From Mycolicibacterium smegmatis (GTDB lineage Bacteria > Actinomycetota > Actinomycetes > Mycobacteriales > Mycobacteriaceae): a stretch of DNA of 32,000 nt. The stretch is taken from assembly GCF_001457595.1 (NCBI RefSeq), contig NZ_LN831039.1, positions 2,130,001 through 2,162,000 of the forward strand, in the 5' to 3' direction. The translations under genes and the position numbers were made by a program. The notes beneath the pieces were generated by a model. It ran no database searches. It worked only from the letters and a program-made list of their open reading frames with translations, and had not been told where the DNA came from. The stretch's first letter is position 1, and every line of letters begins with the position of its first letter. Below are positions 11,727-20,621 of the stretch, piece after piece.

Positions 11727-12617
11727 CTAGGCGCAATCACCGAAGAACGCGCGCATTTCCGCGACGATCTCCTCGGGTTGTTCTTCGGGAAGGTAGTGGC
11801 CGCAGTCGAGGGCGCGGCCGGACACGGTGTCTGCGATGTTCTGCCACAGTTCGAGGGGTTCGAACAGTCGCTCGATGACACCGTGCTTGCCCCACAGCAC
11901 GCGCAGCGGCGCGGCGATCTTGCGGCCCTGGTCGCGGTCCCGTCGGTCGTGGTCGAGGTCGATGGTGGCCGCGGCCCGGTAGTCCTCGCACGCGCCGCGC
12001 GCACGCTCGATCCCGGCGAACCCCGCGATGTAGTGATCGAGGACGTCACGGGGGAACGGCGCCAGGCCGGCGTGGCGTGCGCCCATCACCCCTTCGACGT
12101 AGGCACGCGGGTCGGCGCCGATCAGCGTCTCGGGCAGGGGAGCGGGCTGGATGAGGAAGAACCAGTGCCAGTAGGCGCTCGCGAAGTCGCGCGTGGTTCC
12201 CTCGTACATGTCGAGGGTGGGCGCGATGTCGAGGAGCATGACGCGGGTGACGCACTCCGGAGAGTCGGCGGCAAGTCGGGCGGCCACGCGCGCCCCGCGG
12301 TCGTGCCCGGCCACGTAGAACTGCTGGTGACCGAGTGCCGCCATCAACTCGACACAGTCGCGGGCCATCTCCCGCTTGGAGTAGGTGCTGTGATCGGGGC
12401 TCGCCGGCGGACGCTCCGAATTCCCGTATCCACGCAGGTCCGGGGCGACGATGAAGAAGTCCTCCGCCAGCGCGGGCGCCACACGGTGCCACATCAGGTG
12501 CGATTCCGGGTGGCCGTGCAGAAGCAGAAGCGGCGGCTTGCCGCAGGCCGGTCCGACCCGGCCGCGAAGCCGGACCCCGTTGACCGTGATGTCGAGTTCG
12601 TCGAAGCCAAAGAACAC
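11727..12617 (-). CDS. Alpha/beta hydrolase, haloacetate/fluoroacetate dehalogenase-like
   Basis: LLLLHGHPESHLMWHRVAPALAEDFFIVAPDLRGYGNS, nucleophile region YVAGHDRGARVAARLA, ASAYWHWFFLIQPAPLPE and catalytic-His region DCGHYLPEE. Confidence 0.8.
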   Translation of the reverse strand: MFFGFDELDITVNGVRLRGRVGPACGKPPLLLLHGHPESHLMWHRVAPALAEDFFIVAPDLRGYGNSERPPASPDHSTYSKREMARDCVELMAALGHQQFYVAGHDRGARVAARLAADSPECVTRVMLLDIAPTLDMYEGTTRDFASAYWHWFFLIQPAPLPETLIGADPRAYVEGVMGARHAGLAPFPRDVLDHYIAGFAGIERARGACEDYRAAATIDLDHDRRDRDQGRKIAAPLRVLWGKHGVIERLFEPLELWQNIADTVSGRALDCGHYLPEEQPEEIVAEMRAFFGDCA

Positions 12618-12733
12618 GTCCGGTCTCCTTCGTCGCGGCTTGCGGCCTTTTCCCGATGCTAGATTTGGCCCACAGCGCGAGGAAGGCTCGTCACCTCAAA
12701 GGATCTTTGCGCTGAACGCAAGAGGGGTACGAC

Positions 12734-13666
12734 ATGGCCGATGTCGGTGATCTCGAATTCTTCGTGACGCTCGCGGCGGCAGGGACGATGACCGAGGCCG
12801 CACGGCACTGGGGTGTCTCGGTCTCCGTGGTGAGCCGACGGCTCAAGGCTCTCGAAGAACGCCTGGGCACACCGTTGGTGCACCGGCGCGCCCGCGGGCT
12901 CGAGCTCACCGCCGAGGGGCAGCAGTACCACGTGCGGGGGAGCGAAATACTCCAGCAGCTCAAGGATTTGGAGAGCACGCTGAACCCCGATCCCAAGGAC
13001 TTGACGGGTTCGATCCGGGTGATCAGCACCGTCGGCCTCGGGCGAGTGCACATCGCGCCGCTGCTTCACGATTTTCGGCGACGTCACCGGAGCGTCGAGA
13101 TCTCGCTGGAGCTCACGAGCCTGCCGCTGTCGGCTTCGGTGCCCGGTTTCGACATCGCGATTCAGGTCGGGCGGGTGCGCGACTCGTCGCTCGCGATACG
13201 TCAACTGCTGCCCAACCGGCGTGTGGTGGTGGCCTCGCCCGACTACCTCGACGCGCACGGCGCACCGGCGGACCTCGACGACCTCAAGAATCACGAGCTT
13301 CTCGTCGTCCGCGAGAACGAGGGTGAGTCGATCTGGCGATTCGTGAAAGACGGTCGTGAGACGGCGATTCCGGTACGAGGCGGCCTCATCTGCAACGACG
13401 GCATCGCGGTGACCGAATGGTGCCTGGCCGGCGCAGGACTGGCCATGCGCTCGATCTGGCACGTCGCACCGTATGTGCGGGAGGGGCGACTCGTACACGT
13501 GCTGCCCGACGTCGAGACTCCGGAGGCCGACGTCGTCGCGCTGTTCGACGCCGGGGTGCGTACCTCGCCACGCGTGCGAACATTGTTGTCCTTCTTGCGT
13601 AAACAGCTTGCGCAGCGGTGTATCCCGTTACCGACACGACAGGCTGGAGCGGCTCTCCACTGGTAG
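12734..13666 (+). CDS. LysR-family transcriptional regulator
   Basis: N-terminal wHTH LEFFVTLAAAGTMTEAARHWGVSVSVVSRRLKALEERLGTPLVHRRARGLELTAEG plus a LysR substrate-binding domain. Divergent from the hydrolase. Confidence 0.9.
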   Translation: MADVGDLEFFVTLAAAGTMTEAARHWGVSVSVVSRRLKALEERLGTPLVHRRARGLELTAEGQQYHVRGSEILQQLKDLESTLNPDPKDLTGSIRVISTVGLGRVHIAPLLHDFRRRHRSVEISLELTSLPLSASVPGFDIAIQVGRVRDSSLAIRQLLPNRRVVVASPDYLDAHGAPADLDDLKNHELLVVRENEGESIWRFVKDGRETAIPVRGGLICNDGIAVTEWCLAGAGLAMRSIWHVAPYVREGRLVHVLPDVETPEADVVALFDAGVRTSPRVRTLLSFLRKQLAQRCIPLPTRQAGAALHW

Positions 13667-13925
13667 TACCGATACAGATCCCGTCGCCGAAACAGACACC
13701 ACGGTCGTGAATTCGCCACCCGATCCCGAAACCGCAACCATGACGTCAAACTCGGCGACGGGACCTCGACAGGAGTTATCCACCGAGACAAGGCCGGAGC
13801 CGGGGCGCATTTTTCGCCTGGGACAAAACGGTGTTGCGTCATGCGGCCTGTCTGGACGGCGGTTTTCTTCCTAACCTCGACATCAGCGAAGGGCGTGTGC
13901 CCGCGCCGAAGCGTGAGGAGTTGTC

Positions 13926-15026
13926 GTGGTCAACAGGTACAAGGTCGCAGTCATCGCCGGTGACGGCATCGGTCGCGAGGTCGTTCCGGAAGGGCTACGG
14001 GTGTTGCAGGCCGCCTCGGAGCGGTTCGGCTTCACCCTGGACCTCGAAGAATTCGACTACGCCAACGTCGACTACTACCTCAAGCACGGCCAGATGATGC
14101 CCGACGACTGGTTCGAGCAGTTGCGGGGATTCGACGCCATCTTCTTCGGCGCGGTCGGCTGGCCCGAACTCGTTCCCGACCACATCTCGCTGTGGGGAAG
14201 CCTGATCCAGTTCCGCCGCCATTTCGACCAATACGTCAACCTGCGCCCCGTGCGCCTGCTGCCCGGCATCGCCGGACCACTCGCCGGCCGCAAACCCGGC
14301 GACATCGACTTCTACGTGGTGCGGGAGAACACCGAGGGCGAGTACTCCAGCATCGGCGGCAAGATCTTCGAGGACACCCCACGTGAGACCGTGATCCAGG
14401 ATACGGTGATGACCCGCGTCGGCGTCGACCGGATTCTGCGGTACGCCTTCGAACTCGCGCAGCGCCGTCCCCGTCGCCTGCTCACCTCGGCGACAAAGAG
14501 CAACGGGATCTCGATCTCCATGCCGTACTGGGACGAGCGCGTCGAGCAGATGTCCACGATGTTCCCGGACGTCTCCGTCAACAAGTTCCACATCGACATC
14601 CTCGCGGCCAACTTCGTGCTGCATCCCGACTGGTTCGACGTTGTGGTTGCGAGCAATCTGTTCGGCGATATCCTCTCCGATCTCGGCCCGGCCTGCACGG
14701 GAACCATCGGCGTCGCTCCCAGCGCCAACATCAACCCCGAGCGCACCTTCCCCAGCCTGTTCGAGCCGGTCCACGGTTCGGCGCCCGACATCGCGGGTCA
14801 GGGGGTTGCGAACCCGGTCGGCCAGATCTGGTGTGCCTCAATGATGCTCGAGCACCTCGGGGAACGCACGGCAGCAAAGGCCGTGCTGGATGCCATCGAA
14901 GCGGTGCTGGCCGACGGTGCGGTGCTCACCCCCGACCTCGGCGGGACGGCGACGACGACGGCGCTGGGAACCGCGATCGCGGACAGCGTCGGCGCGTCGG
15001 CCAGTGCGGGTGCCGGGACGCGCTGA
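13926..15026 (+). CDS. Tartrate dehydrogenase / D-malate dehydrogenase (decarboxylating)-like, isocitrate/isopropylmalate dehydrogenase family
   Basis: GTG start; YKVAVIAGDGIGREVVPEGLRVLQAA, YSSIGGKIF, DRILRYAFELAQRR, TKSNGISISMPYWDE, NLFGDILSDLG, PSANINPERTFPSLFEPVHGSAPDIAGQGVANP. Confidence 0.87.
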   Translation: MVNRYKVAVIAGDGIGREVVPEGLRVLQAASERFGFTLDLEEFDYANVDYYLKHGQMMPDDWFEQLRGFDAIFFGAVGWPELVPDHISLWGSLIQFRRHFDQYVNLRPVRLLPGIAGPLAGRKPGDIDFYVVRENTEGEYSSIGGKIFEDTPRETVIQDTVMTRVGVDRILRYAFELAQRRPRRLLTSATKSNGISISMPYWDERVEQMSTMFPDVSVNKFHIDILAANFVLHPDWFDVVVASNLFGDILSDLGPACTGTIGVAPSANINPERTFPSLFEPVHGSAPDIAGQGVANPVGQIWCASMMLEHLGERTAAKAVLDAIEAVLADGAVLTPDLGGTATTTALGTAIADSVGASASAGAGTR

Positions 15027-15153
15027 GGGCGCACACGCGTAACGCGGCTCGGTTTCTGGATCCGCCTACTGCAACACACCTTTCACCTCAGGCAACACCT
15101 ACGAAACCGTTCATCGCGTTTACTGACAATCAACCTGGTTTCTCGCAGAGAAA

Positions 15154-15546
15154 ATGGAGATTGTCATGGAAGCGACCACCACTCATCCCCAGTTCAGCGT
15201 CACGCCGGACGCGTGGAAGAACCTGCCGAAGATGCCGGAGGCGGAGTACCCGGGTGCCGAGGGCTACATCGGCGACGTGTACGAGAACCCGGGCGGCAGC
15301 GTGATGTGCAGTGGCTTCTTCGAGTTGGTGCACACCGAGGCGCCGTTGCTCTACGAGTACACCTATGACGAGATGAAGATCGTGCTGGAGGGCGAATTCC
15401 ACCTGGAGAACGTCGACACCGGACAGAAGTCGATCGCCAAGACCAAGGACGCGATCTTCTTCCCGAAGGGGTCCCGCATCCTGTTCAGCACACCCGATCG
15501 TGCGCTGGCCTTCTATACGGGCCATCGCACTGCGGACGGTCTCTGA
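15154..15546 (+). CDS. Cupin-domain protein (EutQ-like/DUF861-like)
   Basis: SGFFELVHTEAPLLYEYTYDEMKIVLEGEFHLENVDTGQKSIAKTKDAIFFPKGSRILFST is a cupin pattern. Alternative start at 15166. Confidence 0.75.
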   Translation: MEIVMEATTTHPQFSVTPDAWKNLPKMPEAEYPGAEGYIGDVYENPGGSVMCSGFFELVHTEAPLLYEYTYDEMKIVLEGEFHLENVDTGQKSIAKTKDAIFFPKGSRILFSTPDRALAFYTGHRTADGL

Positions 15547-15580
15547 TCGGTCAAGCGACCCGCCGAGATTCCAGCGCAGC

Positions 15581-16117
15581 ATGACGATCACCGAAACGAT
15601 TCCCCCGCAGTTCCCGTCGCTGCCGCAATGGCCTGGAGAACCCGAACCGGTCGACACCACGGCGTCCGCATTCCTGGTGGTGGCCATCGGTGCGGCGCCG
15701 CGCACCGCCGACGTCGCCGGTGAGTGGGTGCAGGCTGCCGAGGCGGTCGCCCCCACCCGCCTGGTGTGCCTGGACGCGATGACCGACGAAGAGGACTGTG
15801 CCAGAATGCAACACGCACTGTCGGAAGTGCGCACCGGCGTGCGCATCATGATCGTCGGCGGACAGTTCGACGTGCTGACGGCGCTCACGATGGCCCGTGC
15901 GGCGGGCGCCATTCCTGCCGAGTTGACCGGTTTCGTCGTGCACACCGACGACGCGCCCATCTTCTGCGCGCAGTGTCGCGGCACGTTCCGGGTGGCGGCA
16001 GGTCCGGGCGACGAGATCGATTGTCGCGGGTGCGCGCGCACCCTGGAGATCCACGGTCATTTCGCGTCGGCGCTGGGCAGTTACCTGGCCTCCGATGCGC
16101 GGGCGAGGGAGATCTGA
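15581..16117 (+). CDS. Dimethylamine monooxygenase DmmA-like small subunit
   Basis: ATG at 15581 (MTITETIPPQFPSLPQWPGEPEPVDTTASAFLVVAIG...) with C-terminal Cys pairs CAQC...CRGC. It lies immediately upstream of a VanB-type reductase and a DUF3445-type heme N-demethylase. Confidence 0.72.
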   Translation: MTITETIPPQFPSLPQWPGEPEPVDTTASAFLVVAIGAAPRTADVAGEWVQAAEAVAPTRLVCLDAMTDEEDCARMQHALSEVRTGVRIMIVGGQFDVLTALTMARAAGAIPAELTGFVVHTDDAPIFCAQCRGTFRVAAGPGDEIDCRGCARTLEIHGHFASALGSYLASDARAREI

Positions 16118-17116
16118 ATGACGGTGCTCGACACGGCCGAAGCGCGTTTTCCCGGACACCTCCACCCGGCCTACGACACGACGCCCCGGATGCTGACCGT
16201 CGTCGGCCTCGAACACCTCGCCGGAGACGTCCTGCACATCACGTTCGCGGCCGCCGACGGGCGTGTGCTCACGCCGTACCAACCCGGCAGCCACCTCATC
16301 GTCACGGCGGGCGCCACCCGCAACGCGTACTCGCTGACCGGGGCCGACCTCAACCCGGTCCGCTACGAGATCTCGGTGCTGCGCAAGGCCGACGGCAACG
16401 GGTCGGTGTGGCTGCACGACAACCTCGAACTGGGCATGTCCGTCGAGATCGAAGGCCCGCGTTGCCTTTTCCCGCCCGTGACCAATCAGCGGCACGCGCT
16501 GTTGATCGCCGGTGGCATCGGCGTCACGCCGGTGCTGTCCCACGCCCGCGCCATCGCGCGGGCCGGCGGCACGGCCGATATCGTCTACTCGTACCGACCC
16601 GGGCACGACGCCCATGTCGGCGAGCTGCGCGAACTGGCCGCGCGTCCGGGGATCACGCTGTTCGAGGTGGACACCATCGAGGGCACCCGTGAGCTGCTCG
16701 CCGATCGGCTGGGGGCCCAGCCGTTGGGCACCCACGCCTACGCGTGTGGGCCGATCCCGATGCTCCATACCTACCAGGAGCTTGCCGCACAGGCCGGTTG
16801 GCCTTCGGCCCGGGTGCATCTTGAGCGCTTCACCGCACCGGAACAGGACCCGGGTCTGCCGTTCACGGTGCGCATCGCCTCGACCGGGGAAAACCTCGCA
16901 GTCCCGGCCGGGGTGTCGCTGCTGCAGGCCCTGCTCGACGCAGGCATCGGGGTGAACAACTTGTGCCGGCAGGGCGTGTGCGGCGAATGCCGTATCCCGG
17001 TGACCGCCGGTGTGCTCGAGCACCGCGACTTCGTCCTGACCGAGGAGGAACGCGAGGCCGCAAACAGCATGCTGTGCTGCGTATCTCGCGGATCCGACAT
17101 CGAAGTGGATCTGTGA
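16118..17116 (+). CDS. PDR/VanB-type ferredoxin-NAD(P) oxidoreductase (FMN + C-terminal plant-type [2Fe-2S])
   Basis: ATG follows the previous stop directly. YQPGSHLIV, GGIGVTPVLSHARAIAR, YACGPIPML and the 2Fe-2S motif NNLCRQGVCGECRIPV...MLCCVS. Confidence 0.9.
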   Translation: MTVLDTAEARFPGHLHPAYDTTPRMLTVVGLEHLAGDVLHITFAAADGRVLTPYQPGSHLIVTAGATRNAYSLTGADLNPVRYEISVLRKADGNGSVWLHDNLELGMSVEIEGPRCLFPPVTNQRHALLIAGGIGVTPVLSHARAIARAGGTADIVYSYRPGHDAHVGELRELAARPGITLFEVDTIEGTRELLADRLGAQPLGTHAYACGPIPMLHTYQELAAQAGWPSARVHLERFTAPEQDPGLPFTVRIASTGENLAVPAGVSLLQALLDAGIGVNNLCRQGVCGECRIPVTAGVLEHRDFVLTEEEREAANSMLCCVSRGSDIEVDL

Positions 17117-17144
17117 CCACAGCCGAGAGATTCGAGGATCACTC

Positions 17145-18218
17145 ATGACCGCACACCTGTCGACGCCCTATCTGCGTGACATGGGCGCCAAGGCCGCCGA
17201 CCTGGTGGCCTCGTCGTTGACCCCGGCCGCGGCCGCCTACCTCAACCAGCCGGTAGATCATCTCGCGAGCCTGCCGTGGCCGTTCGCCGACGACGTCACC
17301 TCGTTCCGCTACACCGTCAACGTCGATCCCGCGCGGGTGCCCAGGCCGACGAGGGCCGGAGAATGGGGCAGGCACATCGTCGATCTCGGCGGCGCGGATT
17401 ATCCGGTGAACATGGCCGAACGCCGCCACGTGCTGGACACCGATCCGCAGCGGGTGAAGGTCCGCCCCGGGATGGAACTGGCGTGCTGGGATCTGCTGAT
17501 CTACTACCTGCGAGACCTCGCGCAGTCCTACCCTGACCTGCTGCACCTGGACGAGGACGGCGATCACTTTCATTGGCGCAACGACCTTCTCGGAACCGAT
17601 CAGCATTTCGTCCTCGGCGATACCGGCACGCTGCCCGGTGGTCCGTTGTTCTTCCTGGCCGCCGAAATCCCCGACGATCTGCTACTGGTCATCGAACGCG
17701 ACGGGCGGTTGTACTTCGACGCGGGTGCGGTGACCTTCGCGGCAGCCTGGTCGGCGTCGTTCGATATCGGCATGGACATGTACGAGATCCACGGACCGGT
17801 GCCGCGCATGACAGGGGAGGGGATGACGGCCCGTGCCGAGCAGTTCCTCAAACGACTGCCCGCCAACCAGGTGTACCGCCGCCTGAACTGGAACCTGGCG
17901 GCGTCACCGACGCGGACCTTCGACATCAGCCTGGAAACGCTGCCGGACTGGGGCACCCACATGCCGAGGGCCCTGCGCGACGGCGACGTGTCGCAGGTGC
18001 AGTTCCGCATCGAACTCGAACACTTCATCCGGCTCCCGATGACCGGCGCGGTCACCTTCAACATCCGCACCTTCATGGCGTCGCTGGAAGAGATCCGGGC
18101 GATCCCGGAGTATGCGGAGCAGTTGGCGGCCATCATCGAGGAACTGCCCGACGACATCGCCACCTACAAGGGTTTCGCCGATTACCAAGACGACGTCGTC
18201 GCGTATTTGAGGCGCTGA
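17145..18218 (+). CDS. Heme-dependent oxidative N-demethylase family protein (DUF3445-type, dimethylamine monooxygenase-like)
   Basis: 357 aa; the regions LACWDLLIYYLRDLAQSYPDLLHL, RRLNWNLAASPTRTF and RIELEHFIRLPMTGAVTFNIRTFMASLEEI match my recollection of this family. Context with the reductase and DmmA-like gene supports the call. Confidence 0.78.
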   Translation: MTAHLSTPYLRDMGAKAADLVASSLTPAAAAYLNQPVDHLASLPWPFADDVTSFRYTVNVDPARVPRPTRAGEWGRHIVDLGGADYPVNMAERRHVLDTDPQRVKVRPGMELACWDLLIYYLRDLAQSYPDLLHLDEDGDHFHWRNDLLGTDQHFVLGDTGTLPGGPLFFLAAEIPDDLLLVIERDGRLYFDAGAVTFAAAWSASFDIGMDMYEIHGPVPRMTGEGMTARAEQFLKRLPANQVYRRLNWNLAASPTRTFDISLETLPDWGTHMPRALRDGDVSQVQFRIELEHFIRLPMTGAVTFNIRTFMASLEEIRAIPEYAEQLAAIIEELPDDIATYKGFADYQDDVVAYLRR

Positions 18219-18257
18219 CGCCGACGCCCGCGTGCTTGCGCTGCCGTCCGCTCTATT

Positions 18258-18275
18258 CATAGAATATTTTCTATA
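18258..18275. promoter_or_regulatory. Candidate GntR operator (site 1) upstream of the acyl-CoA dehydrogenase operon
   Basis: CATAGAATATTTTCTATA contains the inverted repeat ATAGAA-TATT-TTCTAT at 18259-18274, 18 bp upstream of the ATG at 18293, an AT-rich island in GC-rich DNA. Confidence 0.6.
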
Positions 18276-18292
18276 GAGAACGGAGCGAGGAC

Positions 18293-19447
18293 ATGGCGCT
18301 GACGGCCGAAGAGGAAACCATCGTCAAGACGGTGCACGATTTCGTCGAGAAGCAGGTCAAACCGGTGGTACGGGAGTTGGAGCACGCCAACACCTATCCC
18401 GAAGAGCTGATCGAGACGATGAAGGAGATCGGTATCTTCGGGCTCGCGATCCCGGAGCCGTACGGGTTCGGGGCGGTGTCCATGCCGTGTTACGTGCAGG
18501 TCGCCGAGGAACTGGCCAGGGGCTGGATGAGCCTGGCCGGCGCGATGGGCGGCCACACCGTGGTGTCGAAGCTGCTGTTGCTGTTCGGCACCGAGGAGCA
18601 GAAGCAGAAATACCTGCCGCGGATGGCCACCGGTGAACTGCGCGCCACGATGGCGCTCACCGAACCCGGTGGCGGGTCGGATCTGCAGGCCATGCGCACC
18701 GTCGCGCGCCGGGACGGCGACGACTACGTGATCAACGGCAGCAAGACCTGGATCTCCAACGCGCGGCGCTCGGATCTGGTGGCGCTGATGTGCAAGACCG
18801 ATCCCGACGCGCAGCCCGCACACAAGGGTGTGTCGATCCTCCTGGTGGAGAAGGTGCCCGGCTTCGACGTGTCACGCGACCTACCCAAGCTGGGCTACAA
18901 GGGCGTGGAGAGCTGCGAGCTCAACTTCACCGACGCCCGGGTTCCGGTCTCCTCGCTGCTCGGCGACGACGAGGGCCGTGGGTTCGCGCAGATGATGAAA
19001 GGCCTGGAGGTGGGCCGGTTGCAGGTCGCGGCGCGGGCAACGGGCGTGGCGCGTGCGGCGTTCGAGGATGCGCTGCGGTACTCCCAGGAGCGGGAGAGCT
19101 TCGGCAAGCCGATCTGGCAACACCAGTCGGTCGGAAACATGTTGGCCGACATGGGAACCAAGCTGTATGCAGCGCGCTCGCTGCTGCTCAGTGCGGCCGA
19201 GAAGTTCGACGCGGGGCAACGCTGTGACATGGAGGCCGGCATGGCCAAGCTGTTCGCGTCGGAGACCGCGATGCAGATCGCACTGGACGCCGTACGCGTG
19301 CACGGGGGCTACGGCTATTCCACCGAGTACGACGTCGAACGTTACTTCCGCGATGCGCCACTGATGATCGTCGGCGAGGGCACCAACGAGATCCAGCGCA
19401 ACGTGATCGCCAAACAACTCGTCGCGCGCGGCGGTCTCGACATCTGA
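18293..19447 (+). CDS. Acyl-CoA dehydrogenase
   Basis: MALTEPGGGSDLQAMRT, RFAQMMKGLEVGRLQVAARATGVARAAFEDALRYSQERESFGKPI, VHGGYGYSTEYDVERYFRDAPLMIVGEGTNEIQRNVIAKQL. Confidence 0.95.
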   Translation: MALTAEEETIVKTVHDFVEKQVKPVVRELEHANTYPEELIETMKEIGIFGLAIPEPYGFGAVSMPCYVQVAEELARGWMSLAGAMGGHTVVSKLLLLFGTEEQKQKYLPRMATGELRATMALTEPGGGSDLQAMRTVARRDGDDYVINGSKTWISNARRSDLVALMCKTDPDAQPAHKGVSILLVEKVPGFDVSRDLPKLGYKGVESCELNFTDARVPVSSLLGDDEGRGFAQMMKGLEVGRLQVAARATGVARAAFEDALRYSQERESFGKPIWQHQSVGNMLADMGTKLYAARSLLLSAAEKFDAGQRCDMEAGMAKLFASETAMQIALDAVRVHGGYGYSTEYDVERYFRDAPLMIVGEGTNEIQRNVIAKQLVARGGLDI

Positions 19448-20613
19448 TGCACCCGCAGGCCAACGGAAAGTCATTGCCGCTGAGCGGGATCACCGTGCTG
19501 TCGCTGGAACACGCGGTCGCCGCGCCGTTCGCCACGCGGCAACTCGCCGATCTCGGCGCACGCGTGATCAAGGTCGAACGGCCGGGCTCCGGTGATTTCG
19601 CGCGCCAGTACGACGATTCCGTCAACGGCGAGTCGAGCTACTTCGTGTGGCTCAACCGGTCCAAGGAGTCCATCGCGCTCGACGTGAAATCCGAGCACGG
19701 GCACCGGGTGTTGCATGAACTGGCCGACCGCGCCGATGTCGTCGTGCAGAACCTGGGCCCGGGCGCGGCGGCCCGGCTGGGGTTGGCGGCCGAGGACATC
19801 CGGGCCAAGGACCCGCGCAAGATCGTGGTGTCGGTGACGGGATGGGGCAGCACCGGTCCATGGGCCGATCGCAAAGCGTATGACCTGCTGGTCCAGTGCG
19901 AGACGGGACTGGTCTCGTTGACCGGTACCCCCGACGAGGTCGCCAAGGTCGGGGTGTCGATCGCCGACATCGCCGCGGGCATGTACGCCTTCAGCGGCAT
20001 CCTGGCCGCGCTGTACCGCCGCGAGATCACCGGTGAAGGCGCCGTCATCGAGGTGTCGTTGTTCGAGGCGCTGGCCGAATGGGTGGGCCAGCCGGCACAT
20101 TTCACCGCCGGTGCGGGACGTCAGCCCGGCCGGTTCGGCGCCCAGCACGCGACCATCGCACCGTACGGCCCGTTCGAGGCCGCCGACGGACACACCCTCC
20201 TCATCGCGATCCAGAACGAGCCGGAATGGGCGCGGTTCTGCACCACCGTGCTCGGGCGCCCCGAGGTCGCGGAGGATCCGCGATTCGCGTCCAACACGCA
20301 ACGGGTGGCGAACCGGGCGGACGTCAACGCCCTGATCTCCGAGGTGTTCTCGTCACATCCCACCGACGAGTTGGAGTCCCGGCTGACCGAGGCGCGCATC
20401 GCCTTTGCGGGCGTCAACACGGTCAGCGAGTTCCTCGACCATCCGGTGCTCGCGGCCCGTGACCGTTGGCGCTCCGTCGAGACCGAGAACGGACCGGTGC
20501 GCGCCCTGCTGCCACCGCTCGATCTCGGTACCGAAGTGAGGATGGATCCGGTTCCCGCGCTGGGGGCGCACACCGCCGCGATTCTCGCCGAACTCGGCCA
20601 TGGCGACGATTGA
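19447..20613 (+). CDS. CaiB/BaiF family (class III) CoA transferase
   Basis: SGITVLSLEHAVAAPFATRQLADLGARVIKVERPGSGDFARQYD, LDVKSEHGHRVLHELADRADVVVQNLGPG, QCETGLVSLTGTPDEVAKVGVSIADIAAGMYA. One-nt overlap with the previous stop. Confidence 0.95.
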   Translation: MHPQANGKSLPLSGITVLSLEHAVAAPFATRQLADLGARVIKVERPGSGDFARQYDDSVNGESSYFVWLNRSKESIALDVKSEHGHRVLHELADRADVVVQNLGPGAAARLGLAAEDIRAKDPRKIVVSVTGWGSTGPWADRKAYDLLVQCETGLVSLTGTPDEVAKVGVSIADIAAGMYAFSGILAALYRREITGEGAVIEVSLFEALAEWVGQPAHFTAGAGRQPGRFGAQHATIAPYGPFEAADGHTLLIAIQNEPEWARFCTTVLGRPEVAEDPRFASNTQRVANRADVNALISEVFSSHPTDELESRLTEARIAFAGVNTVSEFLDHPVLAARDRWRSVETENGPVRALLPPLDLGTEVRMDPVPALGAHTAAILAELGHGDD

Positions 20614-20621
20614 GAGTTGAT

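Noticed and set aside
12704-12721. TTGCG-ctgaa-CGCAA inverted repeat in the LysR/hydrolase divergent region
   Set aside because: Only 5-bp arms in GC-rich DNA; plausible as a LysR-type site but too short to report as a feature without footprint or conservation data.
13667-13925. 259-bp gap between LysR and the tartrate-dehydrogenase-like gene, containing TTATCCAC resembling a DnaA box
   Set aside because: A single 8-mer match without clustering or nearby replication genes is expected by chance; no origin or mobile replicon is supported. I could not identify a convincing ORF or promoter either.
15551-17146. 531-aa minus-strand ORF opposite the DmmA-like and reductase genes
   Set aside because: Low-complexity, His/Gly/Arg/Val-rich antisense translation of well-supported plus-strand genes; typical high-GC shadow ORF.
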